DNA of 64,000 nt from Hormiphora californensis (GCA_020137815.1 CM035357.1:8184001-8248000); one strand, 5' to 3'. Positions 13,336 to 26,731 are shown, counted from the first letter of the stretch. Program-made: numbers and translations. The notes: a model not told the origin generated them from the letters alone.

Positions 13336-14432
13336 CCGCGTGGCCCAAATTAAAGGGAGGGTACGTTGGCCTTCTTTTCACCCAGAAGTTTAATTTCAAT
13401 CACTCTGATATTTTGACACAATGTCTGCATGGTTACTCATTCGAGGAATCCGAAGTTTCAGCCCTCTGGATAAAAGTTCATTTTTTTCGACCGAATGAAC
13501 ACAAATTTGGGACCATATTTCGGTACCAAAGTTTCACAAATTTGTTTGGCTATCGATTTCCTTTCGAATGGGACCAGTTTGAGCTTAATTGGATCACCAC
13601 AATAATCACAGTGATCCGTTTTCTAAGCCTAGGGTAAGTCATGTGATCCCCATCAAATTATGACGTGTTAGCAAGAGAGCTTACATTTTAACGGATGCTG
13701 TATCGGTACACCATCCTCATTAGCAGACGTGATACGTGATACTCGACCGTTACACCTGCTTATTGGCACTTAGTAATGACGCTATCGTCTCATTAGGTGT
13801 CAGATGACCAAACCTAGGGTTAGATAACTAGAAACTGTGTCTCTTGCGGTGGTCCAATTGAGCTCAAATTAGTCGCGTTTGAAAGGAAATCGATACCCGA
13901 AGGCGACTGTGAAATTCCGGTTCCAAAAAGCATTCCTGTTTTCAAGTTCATTCAGAATTCATTCCAGTCGGAAAAATGAATTTTAAGATGGAGAGCTTAA
14001 ATTCCGGCTAACATTAAAATTGGTCAAGTGTAGTGGCCGTAAAGATTTTTAGCGCCTGAATTTACCGATTTCTGGTCACAACTGAGGTCAAAATCGATGT
14101 TTGGTAAAAAATATCATTTTTAAATAACTTATTTCACCCACTAAACTTAATTCAATTTAATAAAAATGCAGATTGCCATTTGTTGATACTTACTCTATTG
14201 TATGGCGGTTTTTAAAATAATAAAATTGAATTTAATCAAGAGAAAACCTCAAAAAACCCGAAAAATTAAAAATTGAGTTCATTAATGAACTTTCAACTTT
14301 TATGATTTGAAACTTCGGATTCCTCGAATGAGTACCCATGCAGACATTGTGTCAAAATATCAGAGTGATTGAAATTAAACTTCTGGGTGAAAAGAAGGCC
14401 AACGTATCCTCCCTTTAATTTGGGCCACACGG
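13336..14432. mobile_element. Non-autonomous Tc1/mariner-type element (1.1 kb, ~120-bp TIRs, TA TSD)
   Basis: ta-CCGCGTGGCCCAAATTAAAGGGAGG...CCTCCCTTTAATTTGGGCCACACGG-ta; near-identical copy at 47920-49025. Confidence 0.9.
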
Positions 14433-14469
14433 TAGCAGCCAGAAATAGACTGTCGAGCAACTGTGTACC

Positions 14470-16240
14470 TGCCAGATTGTCAATAGTAAACTGAAGATTC
14501 ATAATGTCAGACTCACAAGTTATAACGCTCCAAGTTTTAATATCGTCAGTAAAAAGGGCCGTCTTGGTATTCCCTATAGTAATCAAAAATACATCATTGA
14601 TGAACATGATAAAGAGAAGGGGTCCCAAGATGGAGCCTTGAGGGACCCCAGACAGCACATCAATAAGGTCTGACTGGCTGCCACTGATAGCAACTCTCTG
14701 CTTCCTCCCAAAAGATAACAGCGCAAAAAATTAAACATTTTACCGTCAATATTAAACATATATTTCAACTTCTCCAAAAGAATATCATGGTTAACACTAT
14801 CAAAAGCTTAAGAAAAATCATAATATACAATGTCAACTGCTTCTCTGTTATGATTTGAGTGAGTGAGATCATCGAGAAAGGGAATAAGTTGGGTTAAACA
14901 GGACTTTCCGGGAAGGAAGCCGTGCTGTCTAGGATCCAACTTACTGTAACACTTCTCTAAGAGCTGATAATTAACAAGTCTCTCCAAGATCTTCATAGCA
15001 ATACAAATCAGGGAGATAGGTCGGTAGTTACGGACATCCTTCTTAATATCTCCCTTCTTGTGTACTGGTACAACATTTTAGTTGGTAAACTACCAATGCT
15101 GTAGGCGATGTTGTAAAGTAACGATAAAGGATAAGCTAATGCACCTGCACACTTTCTATAGATCATGCTGTGGATGCCATCAGGGCCTACAGGCTTCATG
15201 GTATTGAGTTTCTACAGTACCCCATAAACATCACTCGCACTAAAATTACAATTGTCCATATCGTCTGAGTCAAAGCTAACATTCACAGTGTCATAGCTGC
15301 TAGGTGCCGAGAAGTTGGTAGCAAAGTGGCCATTGAAAAAGTTAGCCTGGTCAATCCTATCAGTCCTAAAGACACTCCCATCATTGGCAACAGGAGGGAT
15401 TCTAGTTGATTTGGATGTGACCTTAACCTGCTTCCAGAACTTCTTAGTAACGGCGTCAGTAGTGTCAAGATCAAGAGAGGAACAAAGATTCTTATTAACA
15501 GTTTTCCTAAATTCTTTTCTAGCAGCTTTATACCTGTCCCAGTCACCACTCAGACCAGAGGTTTTAGCTTTATCACGAAGAGCCTCCTTGCGTTTCCTTG
15601 CATGCTCTCATCGAGAATAACAATGTCTATTTTATGTGTGTAGATATAATAATCTTGACATTCAATAACTGTCAGGACAACAGTGACAGATCTCGATTTC
15701 ACCGCTGTCTCATTCCAGCTATCATTCCTGTGTACGTGGCCGATATGGTCCCGGGTGATATCAGTACCATCTCCAATGATGTTAACAACACTCCTTGAGA
15801 GCAGCTGGAGACGTATCCTTACTGTCGGGTAGTCTGGTGAGGATGATTGTGTTCCTACCGGAGTAGGCCTCGAGTTCAAGCAGTCTGTCATCATTAGCAG
15901 GCTGGGTCACAACAGCAGGAGCAGATTTAGCGTGTTCTTCAAGCTCACAAACACGCACTCCAAGGTCAGTAACAAGCTGCTTCAAGCCACAAATCTCGCC
16001 CTGAAGGCTGGCGTTTGCTGCTGTTCAATCAACTTCTGTTGGCCCTCAAAAAGCAACATGATCACCTCCATCTGGTCAATGTTGTTCTTCGTAATGTAAT
16101 CTCTGGTGGTGCCATCATCAAGAGAAGCGTTCAGTTCCTTACTGCTTTGTTTGCTCAATCTCGTCATGCCCACTCCTCCCGAAGCTAGCCCACAATCAAG
16201 GCAGAAACTATGTGTGTAAAGTTGCTACAAACAGGCAATT
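14470..16240 (-). mobile_element. Degenerate, internally deleted CR1/L2-group LINE (ORF1 plus RT fragments)
   Basis: Frameshifted RT motifs GPDGIH, QHGFLPGKSCLTQL, DIVYYDFS, GVPQGSILGPLLF.MFIND and LFTDD; coiled-coil ORF1-like pieces at 15550-16173. Confidence 0.88.
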
Positions 16241-16669
16241 ACTGCACAAAGAGAGAGAGGGGCAGCTCGTGCAACGAAAGCGGCCGTGATACTTGGCCCG
16301 ATTAGCAATCCCGGACACTCAACGGACAACGATTCGGTGAGGATCACATGACCTGACTAACTTTAAGAAACAGGACACTGTGTCTCTTATGGTGGTCCAA
16401 TTTAGCTGATCTCGGTCACATTGGAAAGCTAATCGATAACCAAACAAAATTTTTACCGGAAAATGTTTTTTCTGGAATGAATGACCATGTTTGAGCTTGA
16501 GGTCTGAAATTTTGGTCAAGTTATTTATTTGTTTCATAGAGTAGCTTTACTAAATTTTAGCACTCCACGATACCCCTGTATCTGGAACTATGGTAGACTT
16601 AGGGGGACTTTTTATTGCCCCACACGATATACTGCGTGGCCCACTGAAGAAGGATCATTTGCTTTTTAG

Positions 16670-16764
16670 GTGTACTAGTAGCGATACGTCGCCGTACTTC
16701 CCAGCGGATACAAGAGCAAAAGAAATCTAAGACTCCGGCAGTTACTCACGAGATATCCAAACAG
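16670..16764 (+). CDS. Coding exon B (95 nt), GVLVAIRRRTSQRIQEQKKSKTPAVTHEISKQ
   Basis: Acceptor ttgctttttag, donor CAG|gtgatt. Phase 1 in and phase 0 out exactly bridges exons A and C. Unique sequence between repeats. Confidence 0.65.
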
Positions 16765-17636
16765 GTGATTAAATAGTTATGAAACCCGATAGTTGATTTA
16801 TCAGTCGTTTGAACATTTTACGCGCACACGTTAACTGCGAGATGGCGGATTTAACACCCTGCTCGCTCTTTATCAGACCAGTGCCCATTTTCACGCTTTT
16901 CTCTTCATTTGAATAACATGCGTGTAAAATTCTAAGTATTGAAAATGTGTGTAAACACACAGTTCTGTCAACAAAAGAAAGGGGAAACATGTCTGCAACA
17001 CGTTTCAATGTTATCTCTCTCATAAGGAGTGAAAAGAATCACATTCAATTCATTTCTCTCTCTCATTGTCTCTTTTACTGTTCACTACCTCTGACAGTGT
17101 GTATTGCCCCTAATCTTGCTCTCTCTTACTCAAATATGTTAGGAACAGTAGACACTAAGTCTACACACATTTTCAGGGTGTCTGTTAAATCACCTCCCCC
17201 TCACCCTCGGCTGGCGCCTCGAGATCGGCGTCGGGATTTAAACCAGTTTAATCGCCCTGCCGGGCGATTAAACTCCAGTTGGCTGTCCCCAGCTCGCGCT
17301 GGGAACAGCCAACTTAATAACGCGCCAGTCTACAAACGTTCATACTTCATTTATTCGAATTAGTTGAGCACCTTAAAGTCGAACTAGTTGAAATTAGTGC
17401 GTCGGAAAGATTACCCTATTATGGCTCACTTTGACACCTCTACATTCACGGGAATTAGGTATAGTATAGGGAATGTACTCAAATGATAGGACAACCTTTC
17501 CGACCTACCAATTTCAATTATTTTTTCACGTATTAAACAGTATAGAACAAATTAGAACAAACATGTTGCCCCTCGCAACCTGAAACGGGACAAAAGAGCT
17601 GACTTGCTACACATAGTCACTATTATCTGTTTAGAT

Positions 17637-17995
17637 TTCTAAACCCCTATGCCTTTTTGCACTAGGCATCCGGGTGAATGCCCTTCGGGCATTCACCCGG
17701 GCAGGGAAAAAATGATGCAAATTATACCAAAACTAATTGAAATTAATTGGCCGGAAAGGTTGCCCTATGATTTGAGCTACCTTTGGCACCAGTAAATTCC
17801 CTTTTGTAGATACTCCGTGAAAGTTACGGTGGCAAAGGTAGCTCAAATCATAGGGCAACCTTTCCGGCCTACTAATTTCAATTAGTTTTGGTATGATACA
17901 TACATACATACATACGCACCACATTTTCCCCGCCCGGGTGAATGCCGAAGGCATTCACCCGGATGCCTTTGCAAAAAGGCATAGGGGGTTTAGAA
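17637..17995. mobile_element. Inverted-repeat element whose arms each contain a GC-rich hairpin, with a MITE nested in the centre
   Basis: ttctaaacccctatgcctttttgca...tgcaaaaaggcataggggtttagaa; hairpins ccgggtgaatgcc-(cttcg/gaa)-ggcattcacccgg. Confidence 0.65.
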
Positions 17996-18804
17996 TTCGA
18001 CAATTTTACATACTACATAGTAAGGTGTCACTGTCACAAAACTGGCTGTAACACTTCCATAGCAACGCATCCAGTGCGGAGATATCACTTCACACACGAT
18101 CTCGGAAGAGATCGCATCGCGCGCGCAAGCAGGTTCGCACGAATGAGCGCCTGCTAATTGTCATTGCGTGTTACGTCATCGTAGTGGTAATGACATAATA
18201 GAGTACTGAATTTGTAATTACATATAAACGAGTTGTGATCTGAACTGTGCCTTAGTGTTACTAGGATATCATATAGCACTACAAATGAAGTCTAATTAGA
18301 AAACCCATCAGCTCTGTACCGACTCACGTATCAGTACCACACCCGCAGACATGGCATGGCATGGCATGGAAAGTGGCAACGGGTACATACCAGGTCACAT
18401 ACCATTGCTATATACATATAACTATAAGGCGGGGAAACCAGGCGATATGACACCATATCTCAATTAATTATTCTTGTTGCAAAACATATAGAGCGAAAAC
18501 GGCTGGATTTAGAGCTTTTTGTCCCGGGCAAGACCCCCCATAAATCGAATATACTACGTGTAATAGGCTATATAAAATCTTGATTTGAGTATGGGAAGTC
18601 ATTAATTATGCATAATTTATGTAAAATTTTATGAATATATCGGTATAAACTGGTTTAAGAAAGTTTTCATGGACATATTCCGACGCAGAATAGTTGACTT
18701 ATGGGGGGTCATCCCCTGAATAAAAAGTCGTATCTCGCACCGTTTAGCCGTTATTTGCATATTTATGCGCCAATTCATAATTTAATGCATATTCTGAATA
18801 TTTC

Positions 18805-19003
18805 CATGCTGCAACACGATGTGTGTTGTTGGGGGAGAGGATGTGGTAGAAAGGAGGGGACTGGTGTGTCATGCTGCAACACGATGTGTGTTGTTGGGGG
18901 AGAGGGTGTGGTAGAAAGGAGGGGACTGGTGTGTCATGCTGCAACACGATGTGTGTTGTTGGGGGAGTGGGTGTGGTAGAAAGGAGGGGTCTGGTGTGGC
19001 ATG
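18805..19003 (+). repeat. 65-bp tandem repeat, 3 copies
   Basis: catgctgcaacacgatgtgtgttgttgggggag... at 18805, 18870 and 18935. Confidence 0.9.
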
Positions 19004-19654
19004 ACTAGTCCATAACTCATTCTCCATTGTTAGATTCAACCCATTCATCATGAATGGTAATGGTTGATATTGTTAATGATGATTACTGACAAAACAAAAA
19101 AATGATCTTATCGAATTACTATCTCATCTACGGCCTGAGCTGAGGAAAAAAATGGGAACGCCTGTTAATCACGGATACGTGATCCCAATCATGTAAATAC
19201 TAAACAACTCTAGTCATGCACCTAGTTACAACCGCAAAGTATCCCATATCCGCCCTGTCCTTGGTAACAGATCACATCCCAAAACTTGCCCCACCTACAA
19301 TTGGGGAAGTGGGAAAGAGAATGAGATCGATGTTCACGCGTTACTGTGGATGAGTAGAATTTCCACTCCGCAAACAATCGGCATTCTAGTCGCCGATTGA
19401 AAGGTTGAAATCCCCAAACGCGGCACGCTATTTCTTTGCTCGCGCGACTGGCTGCACGAATAACCTGCTTTCTCCAGGAATAATCCAGGGTCTCTCCTGG
19501 ATAATCACCTTCATTTGCGTGAAGCAAAGTCTGGAGGAAGCAGGTTTCTCCGCACGAACTTTCTATGGGGGCCAGCGCAGAATAGTCGATTTGTCCCCCT
19601 GACAAAAAGTCGTATCTCTCACCGTTTAGTCGTTATTCGCATAGTTATGAACTA

Positions 19655-19825
19655 CAGTCGGACCCCGATTTAGGGACACCCTCGGGGGAAAGGCTCTTGT
19701 CCACTAAACCGGGGTGTCCACTAAATCGGGGTCAAATAAGGTTAATTTCCTATATCGGGGGAAAAAATCCTGTCCCTAAATCGGGGTGCCACTAAATCGG
19801 GGGCCGCTAAATCGGGGTCCGACTG
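19655..19825. mobile_element. Tc1/mariner-pogo-type MITE (CAGTCGGACCCC family)
   Basis: TIRs CAGTCGGACCCCGATTTA / TAAATCGGGGTCCGACTG, TA TSD. Confidence 0.85.
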
Positions 19826-19943
19826 TATTCAAATTCGAAAATATGCAGAAATCAGAAAAAAATAGCTTTTTCTATATAACACCAAAAAGAACAGAAATTA
19901 TGTCCAAAAACCAATTAAATAAATTAGTTTGGATGCCCAGGCC

Positions 19944-19945
<2 letters not shown>

Positions 19946-20000
<55 letters not shown>
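19946..20000. repeat. (TG)n microsatellite
   Basis: Direct reading. Confidence 0.95.
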
Positions 20001-20006
<6 letters not shown>

Positions 20007-20736
20007 ACCTCCGTACTTACTACTTCCATCCACACTGCTGACGTTGGGGATCAGCTAGCCCTTATTTCCGCAGGATCTCCCCTTGGCGCCCACACACCGA
20101 CAACCCGGGCACCGACCCACACCCCCAGATCAAAACCGCCTTCAGTGTTCAAACGGGTTTCCCCGTTGTCCCCTCCGACAGTGATGACCTTATATTAGAG
20201 ATGCAGACCGACAGGCGATCCCACTTAATAAGTTTTTGCATAAGTCCTACCTACGACAGCGGATGCACTAACACAAGCATGTCAGTCTTACGTTCCTGGG
20301 TTGTCCCAGGTGTAGGTAGTTGCCGAACGATAGCGTCGTCTCCATAACTAGAGCGTCTCGCTATTTTTTCACTCCCGCATTGCCTTGTTATGGCTAATAC
20401 CTTGTGGTTTGGGTATAGCGGCAGGGGTCGGTCCACCGAGTCGTTCGCATGCATTTGCATTTGAAGGAGTCGGCCCATGTGGCACTGTTTGTTATTGGGT
20501 TCCATCTAGAATAGGGGTACCAATACCATATCGCTAGTGGCTGGCGACTTTGCAGTTGTGATTACCGTTTCCAGTACTGTTGCATACCGTTTGGTTTCAG
20601 ATCCGACCTGTTATGCTCAAGGCTTTGCGACTTGGCTGTTGTTGAGGCTACCTGTGACGGATCGATTTTTTAGGGAGAGGGGGGGGTAGCCTTTAGTGAC
20701 TCATCGGAGTTATCCAGACTTCGTAATCAGTTTTGC

Positions 20737-21545
20737 TGGGGTTGCCGTTACATATATTGCAGTGGTGCCACGTTATTGGGGTTGCCGCGTGTGAGACAGT
20801 GGTGCTCCATTTTTGGGGTTGTTGTATAATGCAGTGGTGCCCCTTTTTGAGGTTGCCGCGTGAGACAGTGGTGCCCCGTTTTTAGAGTTGCCGTTTAATG
20901 CAGTGGTGCCCCGTTTTTGGGTTGTCGTATAATGCAGTGGTGCCCCGTTTTGGGGTTGCCGTATAGTGCAGTGGTGCCCCGTTTTTGGGGTTGCCGTATA
21001 GTGCAGTGGCGCCCCGTTTTTAGGTTGCCGTGGTGCCCCGTTTTTGGGGTTGCCGTATAGGGCAGTGGCGCCCCGTTTTTGGGTTGCCGTATAATGCAGT
21101 GGCACCCCATTTTTGGGTTGCCGTATAATGCAGTGGTGCCCCGTTTTTGGGGTTGCCGCATGAGACAGTGGTGCCCCGTTTTTGGGGTTGCCGTATAGTG
21201 CAGTGCAGTGGTGCCCCGTTTTTGGGTTGCCGTATAATGCAGTGGTGCCCCGTTTTTGGGGTTGCCGCGTGAGGCAGTGGTGCCCCGTTTTTGGGGTTGC
21301 CGTATAGTGCAGCAGTAGCGCCCCGTTTTTGGGTTGCCGTATAATGCAGTGCAGTGGTGCCCCGTTTTTGGGGTTGCCGTATAGTGCAGTGGTACCCCGT
21401 TTTTGGGTTGTCGTATAATGCAGTGGTGCCCCGTTTTTGGGTTGCCGTGTAATGCAGTGGTGCCCCGTTTTTGGGGTTGCGTATAATGCAGTGGTTCCCC
21501 GTTTTTGGGGTTGCCGTATAATGCAGTGCCGCGTAAGGCAGTGCC
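20737..21545 (+). repeat. About 35-bp minisatellite, roughly 20 or more copies
   Basis: Unit cagtggtgccccgtttttggggttgccgtataatg with variants. Confidence 0.93.
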
Positions 21546-22068
21546 CAGTGGTGTCCCCTGGGCTTATAGAGGTTTTACGAGAGTACTGTTGTATACTTGT
21601 TCGGGATCAGATATGATCTGACCTGTTATGCTCAGGGCTTTGCGGGTTTGCCGTTGTTGAGGCTACCTGTGACGGATCGGTTTTCTTATGGAGGTCGGCC
21701 TTGGTTCACCTAAGTAGATCGGATTTCGTGATCAATTTAGTCAGTTTAGTTAGGTCTAGGTTTTGTTTATTGTCATAGGTATTTTCTTTGATCATCTGGA
21801 AATCCAAAGAGTGTATGTCTTACGGTACTGGGGTTTTCCCAGAATTGGTTTTTGCCGAACGATAGCGCCGGGTCCTCACATATGGACGCGTCACGCTACT
21901 TGTAATGAATCGATTTTCTTATGGAGGTCGGCTTTGGCTCACCTAAATAACCCGGATTTCGTTGTCAAATTAAGTAGTTAGTTTAGTTAGATCTTGACTT
22001 TGTTCGGTGTAGGGTTCTTCTTTTGGTTCAGGTACGATGATATAGTAAGGGTCGGTTCACCTAGTCTC

Positions 22069-22942
22069 CCTGTGTGCGGCAAAAAAAATGCCCCCCCTAG
22101 ACCACCATAGTTGCCGATGTGGTGGAGAGCTGTAACTTGGCAGGGTTGCTCCACTATGTCTATCTTGATCCTGACAGAAAAATCAGAGCTCTAGCTCAAA
22201 ATTCATTTTTTTGATAGGAATGAACATTGTCATTCATTCCAAGAAAAAAATATTTTCGGTCCAGAATTCAAGCAATTATCTTTGGCCATCGATTAGCTTT
22301 CCAATGTGATCAAGATCATCTAAATTGGGCAACCACAAGAGACACAGTGTCATGTTTCTTAAAGTTAGTCAGGTCATGTGATCTTCACCGAATCGTTGAT
22401 TATCCGGGATTGCTAATCGAGCCAATGGGCAGAGGAATCTCGTATCACGGCCGCTAATGAGGTATGTGTACCAATACAGGGTAATGTGATTCGAGGAAAG
22501 AGGACATTTATCAAAGAGCTACAGATCTCATGACCAATCAGCATCGTCATCCCTCATTAGTAGCCGTGATACGTGATTCTCTACCACTTAGACCGATTCG
22601 TAATACTGAACACTCAACGATTCGGTGAAGATCACATGACCTGACTAACTTTAAGAAACATGACACTGTGTCTCTTGTGGTTGCCCAATTTAGATGATCT
22701 TGGTCACATTGGAAAGCTAATCGATGGCCAAAGATAATTGCTTGAATTCTGGACCGAAAATATTTTTTTCTTGGAATGAATGACAATGTTCATTCCTATC
22801 AAAAAAATGAATTTTGAGCTAGAGCTCTGATTTTTCTGTCAGGATCAAGATAGACATAGTGGAGCAACCCTGCCAAGTTACAGCTCTCCACCACATCGGC
22901 AACTATGGTGGTCTAGGGGGGGCATTTTTTTGCCGCACACGG
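22069..22942. mobile_element. Foldback MITE with ~330-bp TIRs (Tc1/mariner-like ends); related half-copy at about 16296-16630
   Basis: gtgtgcggcaaaaaaaatgccccccctagacc is inverted at 22910-22942; mirrored ORFs 22227+ and 22547-. Confidence 0.88.
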
Positions 22943-22944
22943 TA

Positions 22945-23111
22945 GTATTCGGTATTTATCGTGTTAAATCGCCGGTATAATCGGAAACTTAAATGCTTCA
23001 ATATCAAGCAAAAGTGAAAAAAGATGTCTAATATTATAAATCTCTTGACCGGGATTTGAACCTGGGATCTTGTGCTTCTTAGCCCAAATTGTAGCCATTC
23101 GGCCACGGAGC
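22945..23111 (-). mobile_element. tRNA-derived SINE-like head (Pol III A and B boxes)
   Basis: Minus strand GCTCCGTGGCCGAATGGCT (A box) ... GGTTCAAATCCCGG (B box) followed by a non-tRNA body; no intact cloverleaf. Confidence 0.6.
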
Positions 23112-23169
23112 TGTTAGATCCAGTGCAATTCAGATATACTTATCCTGTGTCGCTTATTGAAAATTGGGC

Positions 23170-26100
23170 AGGGGTTCCCCAGGGGCACCTTGCCCCTACT
23201 CGGTTTTTAGGAAGGGAACATCCGGCCAATTGATTTGGACCCGCCGGTGCCTGTTTTAGGGTGGCAACAGGAGCCCTGGCATGTTAGCAATGGCGTGTAA
23301 GCAATGTTGGCACTCCAAGTTCCGTTAATAGACTTGAGTGTTGTGGTATAAGGTCGTAGGGCTGGATTCCCTCTGTTTGGGCAATGCCGATTTATTGCAG
23401 GTTGACCGCAGCCGTATTGGTCCATCAGGCCCCAGGACCGCGGCTGTGGGACTTCTTCTTCTTCTTCGTAGAGGCTGTCTCAGCCCCGTGAGGGGCTGAG
23501 ATGAAGGGATGTAGCACAATGGTTACGTTCCCCAGCCTTGAGGTACCCCGACCAGAAATTCTAGATTCCTGGGGTGTACTTCTTGGAGTCGTGGTGTTTT
23601 CTACCTAGAGGCCGGGTGAGGGTCCTCGGGGTGTAGTAGTTTCTCCGCCCTTCGGTAAAACGTGACGGTTTTTTGGAAGGGCAGGTGGTGTCTTATGTCG
23701 TCCAAAGTCACGCACAGTTTATCGAATACTTCTTGTCGAAGTTTCCACAGTAGTGGGCATTCTGTGAGTACGTGTTTGACAGTTTCGTCCTCCATCCCAC
23801 ATAGGTTGCAGGTTGTGGTTTTGACTTTTTTCAGTTTTTTCATATGGTAGTTTAGATTGCCATGTCCCGTGAGAAGGTGCGTGGCAGCTCTTAGGTTACT
23901 TCTAGTCATGTTTTTCAGAGATTTCCCAAATCGGTCAGCCCATATCATATCCATGTGGTTTGATATTTTCCTGTTACCGGTTTTAATCTTGTTCCTTAGG
24001 GCTGCGTATGCTGCAGCTTTGGGGATTGGGATTAGGGTTTCTTCTGAAGTATTTTGAGCACCCTTTTTGGCCAGAGCGTCAGCAAGTTCGTTCCCGTGAT
24101 GCCCTTGGTGGGCTGGGATCCATCTTACTGTGACGTTGTTCCAAATTGATAGGGTGTTGAGGTTTGATATTGTTTTCAGAGTGGTTTTTGACCTGGACGT
24201 GGTGGTGTCTAGGCTTTTTATGGTACCCTGGCTGTCACAGTTTATTAGGACCCGCTCATTTGCAGTTCCACTGTCCAGCAGGGTTTGTGTTGCTTGTTGT
24301 ATGGCAAACATTTCTGAGGCTGGCACTGATATGTGCGGGCCTAGGTTAAATGACTTTTGGGTTGTTTCTTCTCCATCTTTCCAGATGGTGAGTCCAGCTC
24401 CCGCATTGTCGTTTATTTTAGAACCATCCGTGTATATAACAGTGGTAAACTCACTTTCCACCTCCTTGTAACTCCCCCTATCCGGGATCTCCGTTTGGAA
24501 ATCCCTGTCTAGGGAAAGCACAGGGGTGGTTAGATCGTGTGTCCACTCAGACGGTAAGGTTCTTAGTGTTTTGTTCACAGTGTTGGCGTGGGATGTGAAC
24601 TTCTTGGGGTTTTTCAGGTCTGATTTTACTGGGCCTTCCCACTGCCCAGTGGCCATCAGAGTGTATGCTGTTTTCACCGCACAGAATCTAAGATGTTCTG
24701 TTATTGGTGTCGTGTTTGTAATCTTGTCCAATGCTGACGCTGGGGTCGTGGGGAGAGCCCCCGTAACCATCTTAAGCGCCATTCTTTGGAGTTTGATCAT
24801 ATTGTCTTGGTTGGTTTTTGTAAGCATGGCGTTTGCCCATACCATAGCTCCATAGGAAAGAGCTGGTCGGACTATTGTTGTGTATATCCAGGATGCGGTC
24901 TTTGGGTTAAGTCCCCACGTGGGGCCTACAACTCTTCTACACTGCATTAGGATGTTTTTGCATTTCTTTATTTGTTTCACTATGTGCTCGTTCCAATTCA
25001 ACTTGCTGTCCAGGGTAAGACCAAGGAATTTGGTGGAGCTCACGGTGTTTATGGAGTTTCCCCCGATTTTAATCGGGTCATTGATTTTAACGTTTTGCCG
25101 ATGGGTGAAGATAACAATATGGGACTTTAGAGCACTAAGCTTTAGTCCCACTGTCTTGCACCACTTATTGATTGCCGTCAAGCCCTTTTGAGTGGCGTCC
25201 CTTAGTGGAAGAATATCCACCGAGGGGCCTGCCTTGGAGGGGGGCATTGTTGTTGTTACCAGGAGACTTAGGTCATCGGCGAATCCCTGTAGGTCACCTG
25301 GTATTTCCTTTTTACTGTGGTTGAGGAGATCATCCATGACTAGGTTCCATAAGAATGGAGAGAGTATGCCGCCTTGGGGGCACCCTCTCGTTACCATGAT
25401 CGTTAACGATTCTCCCAGCAGTTTTGTTGTTACCTTTCGGTTGGTGATTGTGAACATTATCCAGTCAACTGTCCGTTTATCACGGAGTTTGGCGTGGAGT
25501 GCTCTTTCGATAGCTTTAAAGGCAACGTTGTCGAACGCTCCCTCGATATCGAGGAAAGTGCCCAACGCTATGCCTTGGTTCATTAGGGTCTTCTCAATTT
25601 TCCTTACTACTTTGTGGAGGGCTGTCTCGGTGGAGACTCCCCTCTTGAAGCCGTATTGGGATTTATTGAGTTTTTTGTGGACTTTTTGATCCGCTTCGAT
25701 GTGCCAAAGCACCAACCTTTCAGCAAGTTTCTGAAGGTTGGATGCCAGGGTTATCGTTCGGAATGATTTTGGCTGGCGGTAATCTCCTTTCCCTGGTTTG
25801 GGTAGGTAGATTGCTTCCGCTTACTGCCATAGTGTTGGAGTTTTTCCTAGTTCATACGATGCTGTTACGATTTTTGCGAAGTATTTTGCAAAAGTATCGG
25901 CTATTTTCTGCATCATTATTGGCCTTATGCTATCCGGGCCCGCTGCAGTTAGGGGCCTGAATTCGCGTAGGGCTTTAATGATGCGTGTTGTTGAGAATGT
26001 TCTTTCATTAGACCATTTCCCGCGACCAATCTTATCATAGTCTTGGGTTGATGGTCTTGTGATGTTGTGGTCTCCGAAGTGGACGTCTGCCATTGCTAGC

Positions 26101-26275
26101 AGTGTTTCCTTCGGAGAGCTTGTTATGTTGCCGTTTTTGTCGTTTACACAGTTCAGTTTACAACCTTCACTGGTTTTAATGACATGGCTTATTTTTTGTG
26201 CATCAGAGAAGGCGTCGAGTTCTTCCGTCCATGCTTTCCAGCATTTTCTCTTGGAATATACTCGTATCTTACTGT
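23170..26275 (-). mobile_element. 5'-truncated LINE of the I/R1/LOA group: RT, RNase H and CCHC knuckle
   Basis: ORF 23601..25715 contains QYGF, LDIEGAFD, GCPQGGILSP and FADD; RNase H YTDGSK / CDSQ / WIPAHQGHHGNELAD; CNLC..ETVKHVLTEC. It continues upstream in the same frame across a single stop at 25821-25823. Confidence 0.95.
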
Positions 26276-26420
26276 GGCTGTGGGACCACTCCCTAGTCTT
26301 TCCCCGAGAGATACCCTCCCCCTGCCCCCCTAGTCCCCCGTGGGACTACCATACCCCCTGAGATAGACAATGGGCTGCCACAAGGAGTCAGTAATCCAGT
26401 CACCTGACTCCCCCCACAGC

Positions 26421-26580
26421 CACGGGGGTAACACCTTTAGGCTACTGTCATAAATGATGGATATCGAGAGAGATAAAGGAAATTAGGATAGAAAGAGTGA
26501 GATATAATCAAGAAAGACGGGGAGAGAAAAAATGAGAGACATAGTGGAAGAAACAGTGAGAGAGAAAGAGAGAGCGAAGT

Positions 26581-26623
<43 letters not shown>

Positions 26624-26731
26624 GAGAGAGTGAGAGAGATAGATAGAGATAGAAAGATTGAAGGAAAGCAATTAACAATTAACGAGATATGCCGTTAATT
26701 ATGGCAGTAGCCTAAAGGTGTTACCCCCGTG
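26421..26731. mobile_element. MITE with ~45-bp TIRs and a GA-microsatellite core
   Basis: CACGGGGGTAACACCTTTAGGCTACTG...CAGTAGCCTAAAGGTGTTACCCCCGTG. Confidence 0.8.

Noticed and set aside
19222-19560. 127-aa minus-strand ORF / possible LINE endonuclease remnant (GDFN in another frame)
   Set aside because: A single short motif among stop codons; too degenerate to call.
20737-21545. CRISPR-like array of ~35-bp repeats
   Set aside because: Contiguous tandem units with no unique spacers, no cas genes, and a eukaryotic context.
23041-23111. tRNA gene
   Set aside because: A and B boxes are present but the acceptor and anticodon stems do not pair convincingly; treated as a SINE head.
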